Source: Fimicolochytrium jonesii (lineage: Eukaryota). Taken from it: a stretch of DNA of 64,000 bases. A program made the translations under genes and the position numbers. The notes beneath the pieces are model-generated. The model worked only from the letters and a program-made list of their open reading frames with translations. It searched no databases and was not told the DNA's origin. Shown here piece by piece: positions 22,936 to 35,800 of the stretch. Positions within the stretch are counted from its first letter, which is position 1. Every line of letters starts with the position of its first letter. The stretch lies in assembly GCF_025526975.1 (NCBI RefSeq), contig NW_026515677.1:1-64000 (forward strand). The letters run 5' to 3'.

Positions 22936-24211
22936 TGCCAGCGTTGACGGCATTTCTTTTAGGCTGGAGGAGAACTGGCACATGGAATGTTGTAGGAAGA
23001 TCGGGATTTCTCTTTCGCGACGGGTCCGTTTGTGGGACCTCGCTCTATATAAGTCATCAACATTCTGTGACACTCAGCCTCTTTTGCCTCTCGTATCCTT
23101 CCTTCATTGCTTCTAGCAAAGTCAGGCGGCGACCACCTTCTTTTCTCCTTTTGTGGTGAGAGGAAAGGAAGGTGGGAAACGCGTCTGCGAGTGTTCTGAA
23201 CTTCCATAGATCTAGTCCCAGATGCGCGGACGGACCAGACCAGGGACCAGACAGACAGACGGCCTCGGCAGATGTCGCCTCCGTCATCTCCAGATCCAGA
23301 TCCCTCTTAACCCCACAAAACACTCCCCTTCAGAGTCATACTGTCACTCCTACTCCCCACTATGACCCTCACAACGGACCCCCTCGACTCGCTCACTACT
23401 GCCTTTTCGCGCTCGCTCTCTCTCATCGCCCCAGACGCCACAAAAGACCTCTCCTTGCCGCTGGTCGGCTGCGATGCTCCGGCCACCGACTTTGGTAAAC
23501 GCTCACCGATGAGGCTCTCGCTCTTTTCCCTACGACAGACCGACCTTTCGCCTCGCTTGCCAATTAGCTAACGCTTCTGCATCCAGCTCGACAGACCATT
23601 ATGGCGGCACCTTTTCGAAACATTGTATTGGCAGATTTCGAAGATATTCTTGGAATATATTGGAATCTACTCACAAACGTCCAGAACATGGTGCACAAGC
23701 ACCAGCTGAAGGTGAAGGGGAAACTTCCCGCAGCTCGCGGACCATTACAGTGGTTCACCCTTTAATGACGCCGCTCTATCCACATGCTGTATATCGTTCA
23801 AAGATTGTCATCTTCTCGGGCTACGTCCTAGATGCCCTCAATCCCATCGCCGCGTTCCTCACCACCGCGAAAGTCCCGTGTGCATATATATAGGGGTCTC
23901 CTGCCTGCACACCTGTAGAAGTACGCACATTGACAGCACCTGGTCATTGACTTTTGGGTTGCACACGGAGGCTGCAACACCAACGCGTTACGTCATAACA
24001 TGCCTATTGCCACGAGCGCAACCCTGCCCGCACCCTTGAGCTGCACCGCCACCATTCGTTGTCCCTTCCTGCAGCTACGTACGTATATAAGAGCCGTCGC
24101 CGGTTCCCCCCTCACCACACCCGCAAACCGCAAAAACACAACCAACACATCTCTTCCAACGTCCTACCCATACACCAAACCTCCAAAACCTTCCTACACG
24201 CAATCGCAAAC

Positions 24212-24415
24212 ATGACATCGAAGCAAAGCGCCATCGAGATCGCCGAAGCCACCACCACCAAACCCGGCGGCAAGCACCCCTCTGCGTCTGCGTCCAAGTC
24301 CACCTCCCGACCGCACAACAAGAGCCTCGATGAGTACCCCGCCAACTCCCACAACCTGCACGCCGGCACTGGGAAGAGCAACACGAGCAAGCCCAACACC
24401 TCTGGACGGGGTTAG
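24212..24415 (+). CDS. Small hydrophilic Ser/Thr/Lys-rich protein (67 aa)
   Basis: TATATAA at ~24084, an AC-rich leader, and ATG followed by host-like C-ending codons. Confidence 0.55.
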   Translation: MTSKQSAIEIAEATTTKPGGKHPSASASKSTSRPHNKSLDEYPANSHNLHAGTGKSNTSKPNTSGRG

Positions 24416-24577
24416 ATTAAGAGTGGGAAAGAACATATCGAGCGGATCGGCTCCCTGAACTGTATGGTGCAGTCGTCGGGTCTTCTCCCCGGTTGACCGG
24501 GGGCGTACTGCCTCCGATTCCATACTCTGAATTGTACCTTTGTCATATAAATACATTTTTGGCTTCCATGTCTGTAT

Positions 24578-24659
24578 GAAATATACTCAAATGCCCTCGA
24601 ACGTGAAATGAATCTCTGAAATATACTCAAATACCCTCGAACGTGAATTGAATTTCTGC
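24578..24659. repeat. Tandem duplication of about 41 bp
   Basis: GAAATATACTCAAAT(G/A)CCCTCGAACGTGAA(A/T)TGAAT(C/T)TCT occurs twice. Confidence 0.85.
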
Positions 24660-25199
24660 GCTGTGTTCGTCCCTTTCTGGCAGCGTTCGCTCCAACGTTG
24701 ACTGCCAAAGGATATTGGTGGACATCCAGCCGAAATACGAGCAAAACTAGATTCGTGAATGGTCGTGACAGGATTGACATCAGGATCTTCTGTTCGCAGG
24801 GTGTCCAGTGCGTTGGTCTTCGGAGCTGCTTCAAGTTGGGCGGTGGGAAAGTGATGCCGATTTCTGGGGAGAATTGCAAGTCAGTGCCCTGTGGTGACAG
24901 TGAAGCTCAAGCTCATCTTCAGCGTCAGTGCCTTGCTCGTCAGCACCCTCAATGTGCTCATCCGAGCCATACAAGGGGCGCTTGCCCGTTTCCTTGCTCT
25001 CCGCGCAAAAGCGGTGTCAAGTCGGACGGCGATTAGGAGTACAAGACAATATCCGAACGCTTGCGGGGACCGTGGGTATTGGCGAACCCGTCGTATCTAC
25101 CCGGACTTTTGGCCACCTACTGTCGACACCATGGGCGCCGCCGAGGCTCTGCACGCGGGCCCTCCGGCTTTCCGAAGTCCTCTGGGCGCCCAGCAACTG

Positions 25200-27050
25200 C
25201 ACATTCGCGACCTGTCGAGAGTCAAGAAGATATCCAGGGAGGCGGTCCACCCCGTTTACGGTCAAGTTGAGCGGACCATCTTGGCTCTCTATGGCATCAT
25301 ACGCAACAAGTCAGCTGGCATAAGAAGGTCACCGACCCGGCCATTGTTGCGAGGTGGAAGGCCGAGCTACGTACGAGCTGCTCTCGGCCCTCGCCAGAAC
25401 ACGGAGGAAGAGGACGCACCGCTTGATGTAACGCTGTGGGAAGGCCGCTTGGCGGAACTTGCCGCAACCGTTAAGGACGAACCCTCTGTCCGCGATGACA
25501 GTCCGACTTCTACCGTTCAAGAGCTTCGAAGATATTTCATCAAGGCCACGCTACGCGAGCAGAGATGAGGGAGCAGGAGCGGAAAGCAGGGCGGAAATTG
25601 ATCTTACTCACATGTTCCTCCTCTGGCTTCTCCAACAGACATTTGGAGGAACAGTACGCCATCAGGCTCTCTCCCGCGGCACGAACCCGGTTGGAAAGGC
25701 TGCTTATCGCCTTTCGCCGTTAGAAGTCCCGAACCCCGGGCAACCGAGAACACACTTACGCGCTACCCGCCTGCGTTTGGCAGCGACCGACAACGACTTG
25801 TTTCCTGTTCACTCCTGCAACTGCTGAAAAAAATTTCTCTGAAAGGCTTTTCAATTACGTTGTCGAAGAATCTAAAGCTGTGGCGGAATACTTCGGACTG
25901 GGGGACATCGTCCCCGCGGCAGTGCAAGGCGTCTACTAAGCCGACAAATGCGGTCATGACGAGTACATGCATCATCAAAAACAGGCGCTGGAATTTGCGG
26001 CCGATTTCGAGAACGTTGGCGACGCGGACAAGGATTGGCATCCCGAAACGAACGAACAAGTTTTGGATCTCGTTCATCCGTCCCTCTACTGCTTGGAAGA
26101 TGGGAAAAGCAAAGCCTTGCGCGCCGAGACGATTCAATCTTTTGCCGATTCTCTACGTTTCATCAATACAGGAGACGTGCTGCCAGTAAAACTTTCGACA
26201 ATCGAGGCCTGTCCGCTGGATGCGAAAATTGGAAGATGATTTTCAATGGCTGCCGACCGATGTCAACATCACCTACAATGCCGACGCCGCAGGTAACCGC
26301 GTGCAGTGCAAGTTCCAATCCTACATCAACAACATCCACCCGGCTCGAACAGCCGCGTACGATGCTCCACATGTTATTTACCTTGGCACCAAGTGGCAAG
26401 TCATCGTCAAAATGGCTAACATCGAGCTCACGCCCGAGAAACCGGGCTATCCCGGGGGATCATTGCATCTCGAAGGCACGGCACGCGAAGACATCGTTGC
26501 AACCGGGATCTACTACTACTCCATCGACAACATCACCACCTCGCGCCTGTCCTTCCAATCTGCATTTGACTCCGAAGAGGGGGTCAATTGGGACTATGAA
26601 CAAGACGACCACGTGGAGATCAACGAGATCCTTGGAGTCCTCAACCACTAACCAGCGGTGCAATTGATGGGCTCCGTTGAAGCCATCGAAGGCCGCTGTA
26701 TTGTGTTTCCGAACACCTACCAGCACAAGGTGGAGTCTTTCTCCCTTGCTGATCCTACTAAACCGGGGCACCGCAAGATCGTGTGCTTTTTCCTGGTCAA
26801 TCCACAAAACCCCGACGTCCTGTCCACCTCAACGGTACCTCCGTAACAGAGCAGCTGGTTTTGGGAGGAGGTATGCGCAATCGTTCCCGCGTTGCGAACC
26901 CTTCCTCCGGAGATCCTGGCAAGTATCGCCAAGTACGTCGATTCGCCACTCAGACTAGACCAGGCGGCTGCGATTCATGCAGGCGCGGAAGGCGAAGGAA
27001 GGGGTCGTGGATGCACACTTCTATGAAGAGGTTCGCTGTATGGGCATTAG
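25200..27050 (+). pseudogene. DUF4246-family pseudogene
   Basis: DWHP..QVLDLVHPSLY, FQWLPTDV, SYINNIHP, QVIVKMANIELTPEKP.YPGG..H.EG, FPNTYQHKVESFSLADPTKPGHRKI; frameshifts and stops at ~26189, 26651 and 26846. Confidence 0.85.
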
Positions 27051-27801
27051 ATAGCTGTGTAGGACGGGACATGAGTTGTCCTTTTCCATGAACTGGATTT
27101 CCGCCGCGTATCCACCGTCATCTTATACTGGGGGAATAGAAATTCCCCGTCCAAGGCCGCATATGTGACGCCGTGACACCATGTGCTTCAACTCCTCAAG
27201 ACACGCTCCGGCGACCTAACGGCGACGTTCGGGCTCGACAATACGGTCGGGACCGGCAGTGCAAATCCTGAACACCAAGTGCATTGCTTTTGATGTACCA
27301 CTGTGGATGGTCCCGACGTCGCTCTCGTCACTTCCGTGGTTCTCCGTCCTAGAAGAAAGAGCATGCGCTGTCGAATTCGATGGATAGTATTGGAGTCTAC
27401 GGGTGTGTATCGCCACGGACACCTCCCGCTTGATCAGAGCGGAGTTTGGTGGTCGCTTACGTAACCCGCAACACTGTCAATCGTCTTTCCATATCTAGCG
27501 GTGAACATGATCCGGTCGTTTGTGCGTCAATACTGTACATGGACATTGTTTCTTGCATCAACATGGGCACTCCGCATGCATGCTTCCATGTGGATATCAG
27601 TATTGTATGGCGTTGCTTCAATGTCCTCCACCTTGCTTGCGGCGGTGGGCATGAGGCTCCTTGAGGCTTCGGACGGAGGCTCTCAGCGACGCAACGACGC
27701 CCAGACACGCAGAGCATCAAGATGGCCTTCCGCCCGGATGCCGATGAAGACCCATCCCGCTTGAAATATAAGCGCAGACACAGACACCCCCTAGCACTCA
27801 C

Positions 27802-29377
27802 TATGTCGACTAGTACTGTTCCTCAGGCCATCGAAGGCGACAAGCATCAGCCAAAATGTCTACCCCGAACCCACCCCCCCCCTACTCGCCCCGCCACATG
27901 CCCTCCACCCACTCCAAGCGGCAAAGGTTTCCGCCTGCTATGGAACTACGACTTGCCAGTCAACCCGACGGATACTTCACGGCCGGTGCTCGTTGGTACC
28001 GAAGTGACCGTTGCAAGTCCTTGTGCTTGGTAAATTCAGCTTGTGCTGGTTGTAAGTCTCTATGTGTCTCACACTTACAATGACTCTTCCCCTGAACAGC
28101 GCTAACTCATGTTCGAGTAAACCACGTTGTGATTATTGGAGCTGGGATGGGCCCACGCAGACTTGCCAGTTGCGCGGGTTAGCTAATGCGGTATGTTTGG
28201 ACACGAGGATATTGACGGAATTGGACCATAGCATCTTAGGAAACGTGCTTATACATCAGGCTCTTATCATTCTGTTTTTTTTTTCTCGCAGATGCCAGAG
28301 AAACAGTACCATACTATCTTCAAAATGGTGCCCAGCAATATTCTCGCCGGCGGTCTTCCGCCATTGCACGCAGACCAAGACATTTGGCATCAGTTCGGCA
28401 CACCCTGGACATCCGACGCATGCATCTCCCTCTGCATGGGCAACTCTACATGCCAGTACGTCGCATGGGCTCCGACAGAGTGCTGGCTGAAGTCGGGCGT
28501 CTATGTTGCGACGGATTTTGCTGTGGGATTGCCCGACCCTGCTGTTGCTTATTCATCGATTGATCCGCCGGTACAGTCCTCATCCGCGCCAACTTCGGGT
28601 CCGACTAATGCTCCTAGCGCCGGAGCGAGCGCTGGAGACAGTAAAAGCAATGTATTGCCTGCGGCCGTAGGTGGTGCGGCAGGAGCAGCCGTCATCGCGA
28701 TTATAGGCGCGTTGTTACTTCTGCATCGGCATCGGAAACGAAACGCCATGCGAACTGCTGATAAGACGACCGGGTATCTACCGGCTTCCGCCCATCCGCC
28801 AGCGGCCGCGACGGCTGATGCATTTGTCCCGCTTGCGTCAGGAGGGACGCCGGCGCGGACGGAAACTATGGCATCCGGCCCCATTCCTAGTATAGTCAAT
28901 CCTCCTTTCCAATCCGCACCACAAGGTTCCCACCATATCGTGAACATGGCCGATACTCAAGCATCGGCGTCCCTTCCACTGAGCAGCGATATGGCGGCTG
29001 CAACGGCAACGGCAACCCCGCCATCCTACGCAGAATCTGAACGCCAAATTTTCGGCCCGAACATTCCCGTCGCGGGCACTGCCACCGGCAAAAACAGATT
29101 CATCCATCCCTACGTACCCCACCACACTGCCGATCACGCCTCCCCAAGCGCCGGGACGCCATCCTCCTCGCCTGGCGAATACCTAGCAATCCAAGGCCAC
29201 ACCCCGGCAAACCCAGAGGAGATGTTGGTGCACAAAGGCGATTGTGTGTTGGTGCAGAGTATCAGGACGGCTCGCGAGGGTGAAGATGCGGGATCTGAGT
29301 GGGCGGTTGATGCGGTGAATATTACGAGGGGCGGGAAAGGGGATGTGCCGATGGGGTGTTTGAGGAAGGAGGGGTGA
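27802..29377 (+). CDS. Single-pass membrane protein: PAN/apple-like Cys domains, TM helix and C-terminal SH3-like domain; 2 introns
   Basis: C..SCSSKPRCDYWSW...C and CISLCMGNSTCQY..W...CWLK; TM segment AAVGGAAGAAVIAIIGALLLLHRHRKR; YLAIQGHTPANPEEMLVHKGD...W...G.VP..CL. Start uncertain. Confidence 0.7.
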
Positions 29378-29842
29378 GGCGGGAAGGCGGCGGGACCACG
29401 AAGTTGTTCCATCCCTCGGTTTCACGGCGTATTTATTAGCGGGGACCCTCTAGAGTGTCTTCTTGAATACAGACGACAGCCTTTTTCTGTTCTGCGGACT
29501 TGGCGTATGTTTGATTCTTCCCACATGTTGCATTCCCCCCCTACTCGCCACTATTTGAAGGGATTGTTAGTCTGTACATCTTTTTGTTCGTTCAGATTCA
29601 TTATATTGAAAACACTCGGCTGCGAGTGTCTTCGCTACCTCTCAACATAATTCCGATTGTATCAGCTCATCAAGTCTGCACCCGAAAAGTTTCAAAGAAT
29701 GGGAAGAAGTGGCTGGGTTATCGTCAAGATTGCATACATATGTATGTAAATACAAGCGTGTATAGAAGAAAATGGGGGAAGAGATATCTACAGGGGAATA
29801 CTATGTATGTACTACGCCACGGACCTGCTCACATTCGACATC

Positions 29843-30508
29843 TCAGTGGGACTTGGGCGCCGCCTGCACCCACTCCATAACCGCCTTCCAGGTGTCCATC
29901 TCCGTGGACCTCTTGAACCAAGCGGCGACATTTGGCCTGGTCTTGATCAAATCCGGCTGCGTGCGATTGATCACATTGAAGTAGGGCAGATGCGCGACAT
30001 CCGCCAACGAAAACTCGTCATTCGCAAAAAAGGTGCGGGTCGCAAAATGGCGCTCGTAGATGTCCAGCGTGGGTTCGAGCAGTGCGCGCGACGCCGCGAG
30101 TTTGGCCTCGTCGGTGGGCAGCTTTGCGACGGGTTTGATGGCCGTTTCGACGATCACGCCTTGGATGTGCGGGTAGAAGTTGAACGAGGATTGGTACGTC
30201 CATTGGTCCACCACCGCGGCTTTCTTGGGGTCGGTGGGCACGAGCTTGGTCCCGATGGTGGGGTACTCCGCATCGAGGTATCGGACGATCGCAAGGGATT
30301 CAAAGATCATGAACCCAGTCTCGTCTTCGAGGACAGGGATCTTGCCGAAAGGGTGGCGGGCGATATGTTCGGGGAGTTTTTGCTCCCGCTTCAGGACGTT
30401 GATGTTGATGAACTCAAAGTTGAGGTTCTTTGCTTTGAGCGCAAAGACGACTTTTTGGGTGCAGGTTGAGACGGACATGCCGTAGAGCTTGTATTGGTGG
30501 GCGACCAT
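29843..30508 (-). CDS. Glutathione S-transferase (Phi-like)
   Basis: HPFGKIPVLED, FESLAIVRYL and FSLADVAHLP; TATAAAG upstream at ~30627 on the minus strand. Confidence 0.93.
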   Translation of the reverse strand: MVAHQYKLYGMSVSTCTQKVVFALKAKNLNFEFININVLKREQKLPEHIARHPFGKIPVLEDETGFMIFESLAIVRYLDAEYPTIGTKLVPTDPKKAAVVDQWTYQSSFNFYPHIQGVIVETAIKPVAKLPTDEAKLAASRALLEPTLDIYERHFATRTFFANDEFSLADVAHLPYFNVINRTQPDLIKTRPNVAAWFKRSTEMDTWKAVMEWVQAAPKSH

Positions 30509-32803
30509 GATTGCGAAGCGAGGTGGTGGGCTGAAGGTTGGATGTGGGGTTGCGAGGACGCGTTGTGGGGTAGGCGATGTGAGTGGGGTAGATTCACCGG
30601 AGTCGGAGGAAGGCCTCCCACTTTATAGAATCTCAACGGTGAGAACGACGCATACTGTACTGCGACAAAGCCCTTCTGGCAAGGGTCGGTATACAAAGAA
30701 AGAAAGGAAATCGTGGACAAGCCTCCGAAAGCATTTGAAATACTGTCGGGGAAAGGAAATGAATAGTACCCGTCGGCGGTCGTGGAACAAAGATCTGGGG
30801 TTCGGAGGAAGCGGAAGCGGTGAGTGATTCGGAATCTCAGCCAGCTTCGCTGCTCACGGTTACGAAACACGGTTGTGTGAACTGCTGACGAACGGCGAGT
30901 GTGGACGGTGGACGTCGATGAACTGTCATTGCTTTGTGGCCATGAAACTGCAAAGTACTGTATGCGGCGTTCGCTCCAACCGTTATTCCTTTCCAGCCTC
31001 AGATCCCGATTCCCGCTGCACACATGCAGTCCTATAATAATATCCCACCTCTTCTTTTCTCACCTCCAAGCGCCACCTCGGGGTGTTCTGTCTGTTGGTG
31101 GACAAGCATCTCAGCCCAGCCGGCGCAAAGTGCAATGGGCGCGACGCGTCTCCGATGGCAACAGTTCCCCTTCCCTTTTTCCTTGGCTTTTTCCTTGCGC
31201 CCCGTCTGCCGTTCAAGTACAATACTGGGATATGGAGGTGGGACCAGTAATGGATCGGGTGCAATGCTGTCTCGCAAACAACTATCGCAACACCGTCGAG
31301 ATCTCTCTGTTTTGACGGTCGCGTACAGTATGTCGCTCACACTGCATTCGCTCGAACGATCCCAGTATTGTACAGCGCTTCTGTATCTTCCGGCACTTTC
31401 ACATGAAACGCTTGATATCGCATCTGTGTACAGTAGATTTCGAAGCTGCTATCACTGATCCCAGGGACTCCAAAACGAATGAACCTGCACTGCCAGTGTG
31501 CCGGAAGGGATCGAAAGCATACTATCTATGTACATATGTACATATGTATGCAGGAAAGCAAAGGCCGAAACGTGGTCCAGGTCTGATGCACATTGCACGC
31601 TGCATTCCATTCCCGCCCCCAGCACATAGCCCACTCTGTCAATTCTCAGGTCACTTACAGCACATCTTAGTCCCGAGTCCGACTTCCACGGGTCACCAGG
31701 CTTACCTCCTTCCCGCCAAAAGCGCCACGTTGTGTTCACTTGCCATGTGCAGTGACCCCCACAAGGAACCGTCACGATGATGTCGGGATGAGACAAGGCT
31801 GGCTTGATGGCTGCCTGTCTGTCCGGAGGCTTCATCTATACTATTACTGTACCAAGCAGTAGAGAGCACCCACGATCGTATGCGATCGTATGATATCCGC
31901 GAGCCGTAAGCCAGAACGACTGCTATGCTTTCGCGGCGGGAAGAGACTGATCCATCCCAAGCTCAGGGCCCGACTTGAGCGGGAAGCCGATTGTTGGCAG
32001 GTCGTCAGGGTCGTCGTTTCGGAAAGTGGCTTTCCACGACACAACGACGTTGTACGGCGACAGCATGCAGGCATCGAGTTGTGAACCATTGGATGCATCA
32101 GTGTGATGAGCCGCCACGCCACGTCTCTGAAAGCCCAACTGCAGGATGGCTTGGGGTCCTGGAGTTTTCGGGCATTAGGGAGGGAAAACCGAAAACATAG
32201 GCTGCGTTCCGTGACTCCCTATCTGGCGGGACGACAGACAACCCGAAGGCGGGCCTTTCCGATGTCCTGCATGCGATGTGCTCGCCCAAGATGCAGCTGG
32301 CCCGCTCAAAACGTCAACATCCATACACACATTCAACACACTCCCGTACGCTTGCTCGGGTCTCCACGCCTCTTGTCCGTTGCCGCCCTTTTCCAAAACG
32401 CACCCGCCCTCTGTTTTGTGCTCGTGCCAGCCCATCCCGATGCAAACGTGCATGCTGAAGGGCACCCTGCTGCCGGGGATGATTAGATGAGATCGGGTGA
32501 GCACCACCGAGCCTGCCGCCTCGCATCGCCCTGGTCCGTTTTCCGTCCGAGGTCAGGGATGGGTATAAAAAGGCAGGGGGGCTGCCTCGAGCCCCTCGGC
32601 TCCCGTATAAGCAGGACGTTTGGTCGTCATCAAGAATCTTTTTCAAACGCTCGTCGTTGATACCCGACCTTGACACCAAAGCAAGACGTTCATCCATTCT
32701 CACATTCCGTTCGCACTACAAACATATCAAGAAATCTGGCATCACATCGCATACTGAGAACAAACATTACAAGAAATCCATTACACATAACCAAGCATCA
32801 AAC

Positions 32804-35800
32804 ATGGACAACAGTAAGAAGATCGCCGTTGTAGGCATGAGTTGGTTAGTACATGAATGTGTCAGATGTCTAAGCGTTGGCCAACTGATCTCTCGCTCTC
32901 GGCTTTCTGCGCTTCTTCCCTTCATAGCCGCTTCGCAGGAGTTGAAGGCGTCGATGAGTTCTGGGAGGCTATCTCCCAAGGCATGGATATGATCACCGAG
33001 GTGAGCTCATCGTGCCAACCTCGATCCGCCACGCCATCGTCGCTTGTTGACCATTTGCCTAACCATCCCACATCCCCAGATTCCTGCCTCCCGCTTCGAC
33101 TACACCCACCACTTCTCCGCCACCCGCACCGACCCCAACACCTTGAGTACTTCCGTTGGCGGTTTCCTCAAGCATGGCGAAGATTTCGACCCCCGTTTCT
33201 TCAAAATGAGCCCTCGCGAGGCCGCCGAGACCGACCCGCAGCAGCGCGTCGTGCTCGAGGTTGCGTATGAGGCTTTGGACAGTGCGGGATATGTGGCGGA
33301 CAAGACGCCGGCGATGATGAGGAAGAGTTTTGGGGCTTATGTTGGTGTTACCAATTGTGATTATGCGGCGGTGAGTTCGGTTTCGTCCTCGGATGTGCAG
33401 GTCGTTGCAAGGCAACGATAATCCAAGTCGTCGCTAATACTTCTTCCACCGCAGAACTCCCACAGCGGCATCGGCCCTTACTACACGACGGGAACCGGCA
33501 AATCCTTCGTGAGCACCCGCATCAGCCACGCATTCGGTTGGTCCGGTCCGAGCATCACTGTTGACACCGCAGGCTCGTCGGGCCTCGTCGCCATCCATCA
33601 AGCTTGTCAAGCCATCATTCATGGGGATTGCAAGGCCGCTGTTGCGGGAGGGGTGAACATGATCACGAGCCCGCACATGTACGTGGGTCTTTCCCGCGCC
33701 TCGATGCTCTCCGCGACTGGAGGGTCCAAGCCGTTTGATGCAGCTGCCGACGGGTACTGTCGCGGCGAGGGATGTGGGATTGTTGTACTTAAACGATTGA
33801 GTGATGCCATCGCCGACCGTGACAATGTAAGTTTCGATGATAGTATGCACCACGAGTGCAACCAACATCACTATTGTGGACCTGCTTACTCATACATCAT
33901 CGCTCCATACCCGACAGATCATCGGCGTCCTCACCGGTAGCGCCGTCAATCAAAGCGGTCCGGCGAGCTCGATCACGTCCCCGCACGCCGAGACGCAAAA
34001 AGATCTTCTCGACACCGTGATGGCCAAAGCGGGCGTGCGCACACAACACGTTACGTACGTTGAGGCTCATGGTGGCGCAACCCAAACCGGCGATGCAGCC
34101 GAGATGGCTGCGCTCCAGCAGGTGTTCGGTGTGAACCGAATGCATGACAATCCGCTCTATGTGGCGTCGGTTAAGCCGAACGTTGGACATGCGGAGTCGG
34201 TAAGTGGATTCCTTTACGCCAAGTGCGTAAGCGCCGGGTTCATGGTTTCTGATATCTCTCATCCGCACATTAGGCCTCGGGACCCGCCTCCTTCATCAAA
34301 GTACTGCTCATGATGCAGCACCGTGCCATTCCTCCGCATATCCATCTACACAACTTGAATCCCGAGATCGACCACTTGAAGACATTCAACATGGTTATCC
34401 CGAAAAAGCTGACTCCGTGGGTTTCTTCCACATCCCGAACTGCCGTCGTCAACAACTACGGTGTTGGCGGATCGAACTGCAGCGTGGTTATCGAGTCTTT
34501 CGACAACACGCAGCAGCGTCAGCAGGACTCTTGTGGGCCGGCCGTCCACGTCCTCACGTTGTCTGCAAAGAGTACAACGTCGCTGCAGAACCTGCGCAGC
34601 CGATACTGCAAGTTCCTGAAGAGCGCTAGGCAGGACATCAGCGATATTGCATACACGGCCTCAGCGAGGAGGAACCACTACGGATATCGCCTGGCGGTGA
34701 CGGGCTCGAGCCCTGATGCGCTTCTGGCGGCGTTGGAAGCTCCTAATTGTGACACTGCGGCCTTTAGGAACCAGGTTCGTGCTTCACGTTTTGTTTGCAT
34801 CGCTCTGTTCTCGAAACTGATCCTTAGTGCCCCAACCCTCTCATATTCAGCCGCGTAAGATCGTATTCGTCTTCCCTGACCAGGAATGCTTCTATCTCAA
34901 CATGTGCAAGGAGCTGTACACAACTTTTTCGACGTTTCGCAACGCGTTCAATGAATGTGACGCCTTGATTCAAAAGGAACAGGGATGCTCGATCCACGAT
35001 GTTGTCTTTGCATGCCACTCTCCGTCGCTTAGCCTGCAGGACACCCAGCTGGCTGTCTTCGCGGTGCAGTATGGTCTCGCTAAGATGTGGTCGAGCATGG
35101 GCGTCCGTCCTGAGGTAAGTTGGAGTGCTGGTATCTGTAATTGGAAAGCGCCGCACCTCCTAAAACTTGGATTCTAGTTTGTACTCGGGCACGGCCTCGG
35201 TGAATATGTCGCAGCTGTCGTAGCGGGCTGTATCACCGTCAAGAGTGCCGTCCATCTTATTATCGCTCGCTGTAGCCTTTTGGAGCGGATGCACTACCAC
35301 AAGCACATGTTGACCATCAGTGATTCAGCTTCGCACGTCAAGACGCTGATCCACTCGGCGTTTCCAAACATCTGTTCCTCCACTGTTCCTGAGATCGCAT
35401 GCCAAAACTCGCCCGAAGATGTCGTCGTCGCGGGCGAAACGGCCCATCTCCGCGTGCTGGAAGAGAAGTGCAAGACAAGGGGCATTGCCACCAAATGGTC
35501 AGATGTCGCCTTTCCGTTCAACTCGCGCTTCGTTGAGCCTATGCTGGATGAGTTCCGATGTGTAGCGGCAAAGATCGAATATCGCGCGCCTACCATTGCA
35601 TTCATGTCGAACGTGACCGGCGGAAGAGTGGCAACCTTGGACGCCGACTACTTCTGCGACCAGATGCGCAAGGTCGTTCGTTTTGAGCAAGCTGTGGATT
35701 CCATCCTGGATGCTAATGCCGAGCAACCCCCTGTCTTTATTGAGATGGGTCCGTCTGGTTTCCTTCCAATGATCAAGAAGATTGCCGCGGCTCGCGGTTC

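Noticed and set aside
29807..30469. 220-aa plus-strand ORF
   Set aside because: Antisense shadow of the GST gene, produced by its biased codon usage.
30500..32700. Short ORFs between GST and the PKS-like gene
   Set aside because: Consistent with a divergent promoter region (TATA-like boxes at ~30627 and ~32564); no coding signal.
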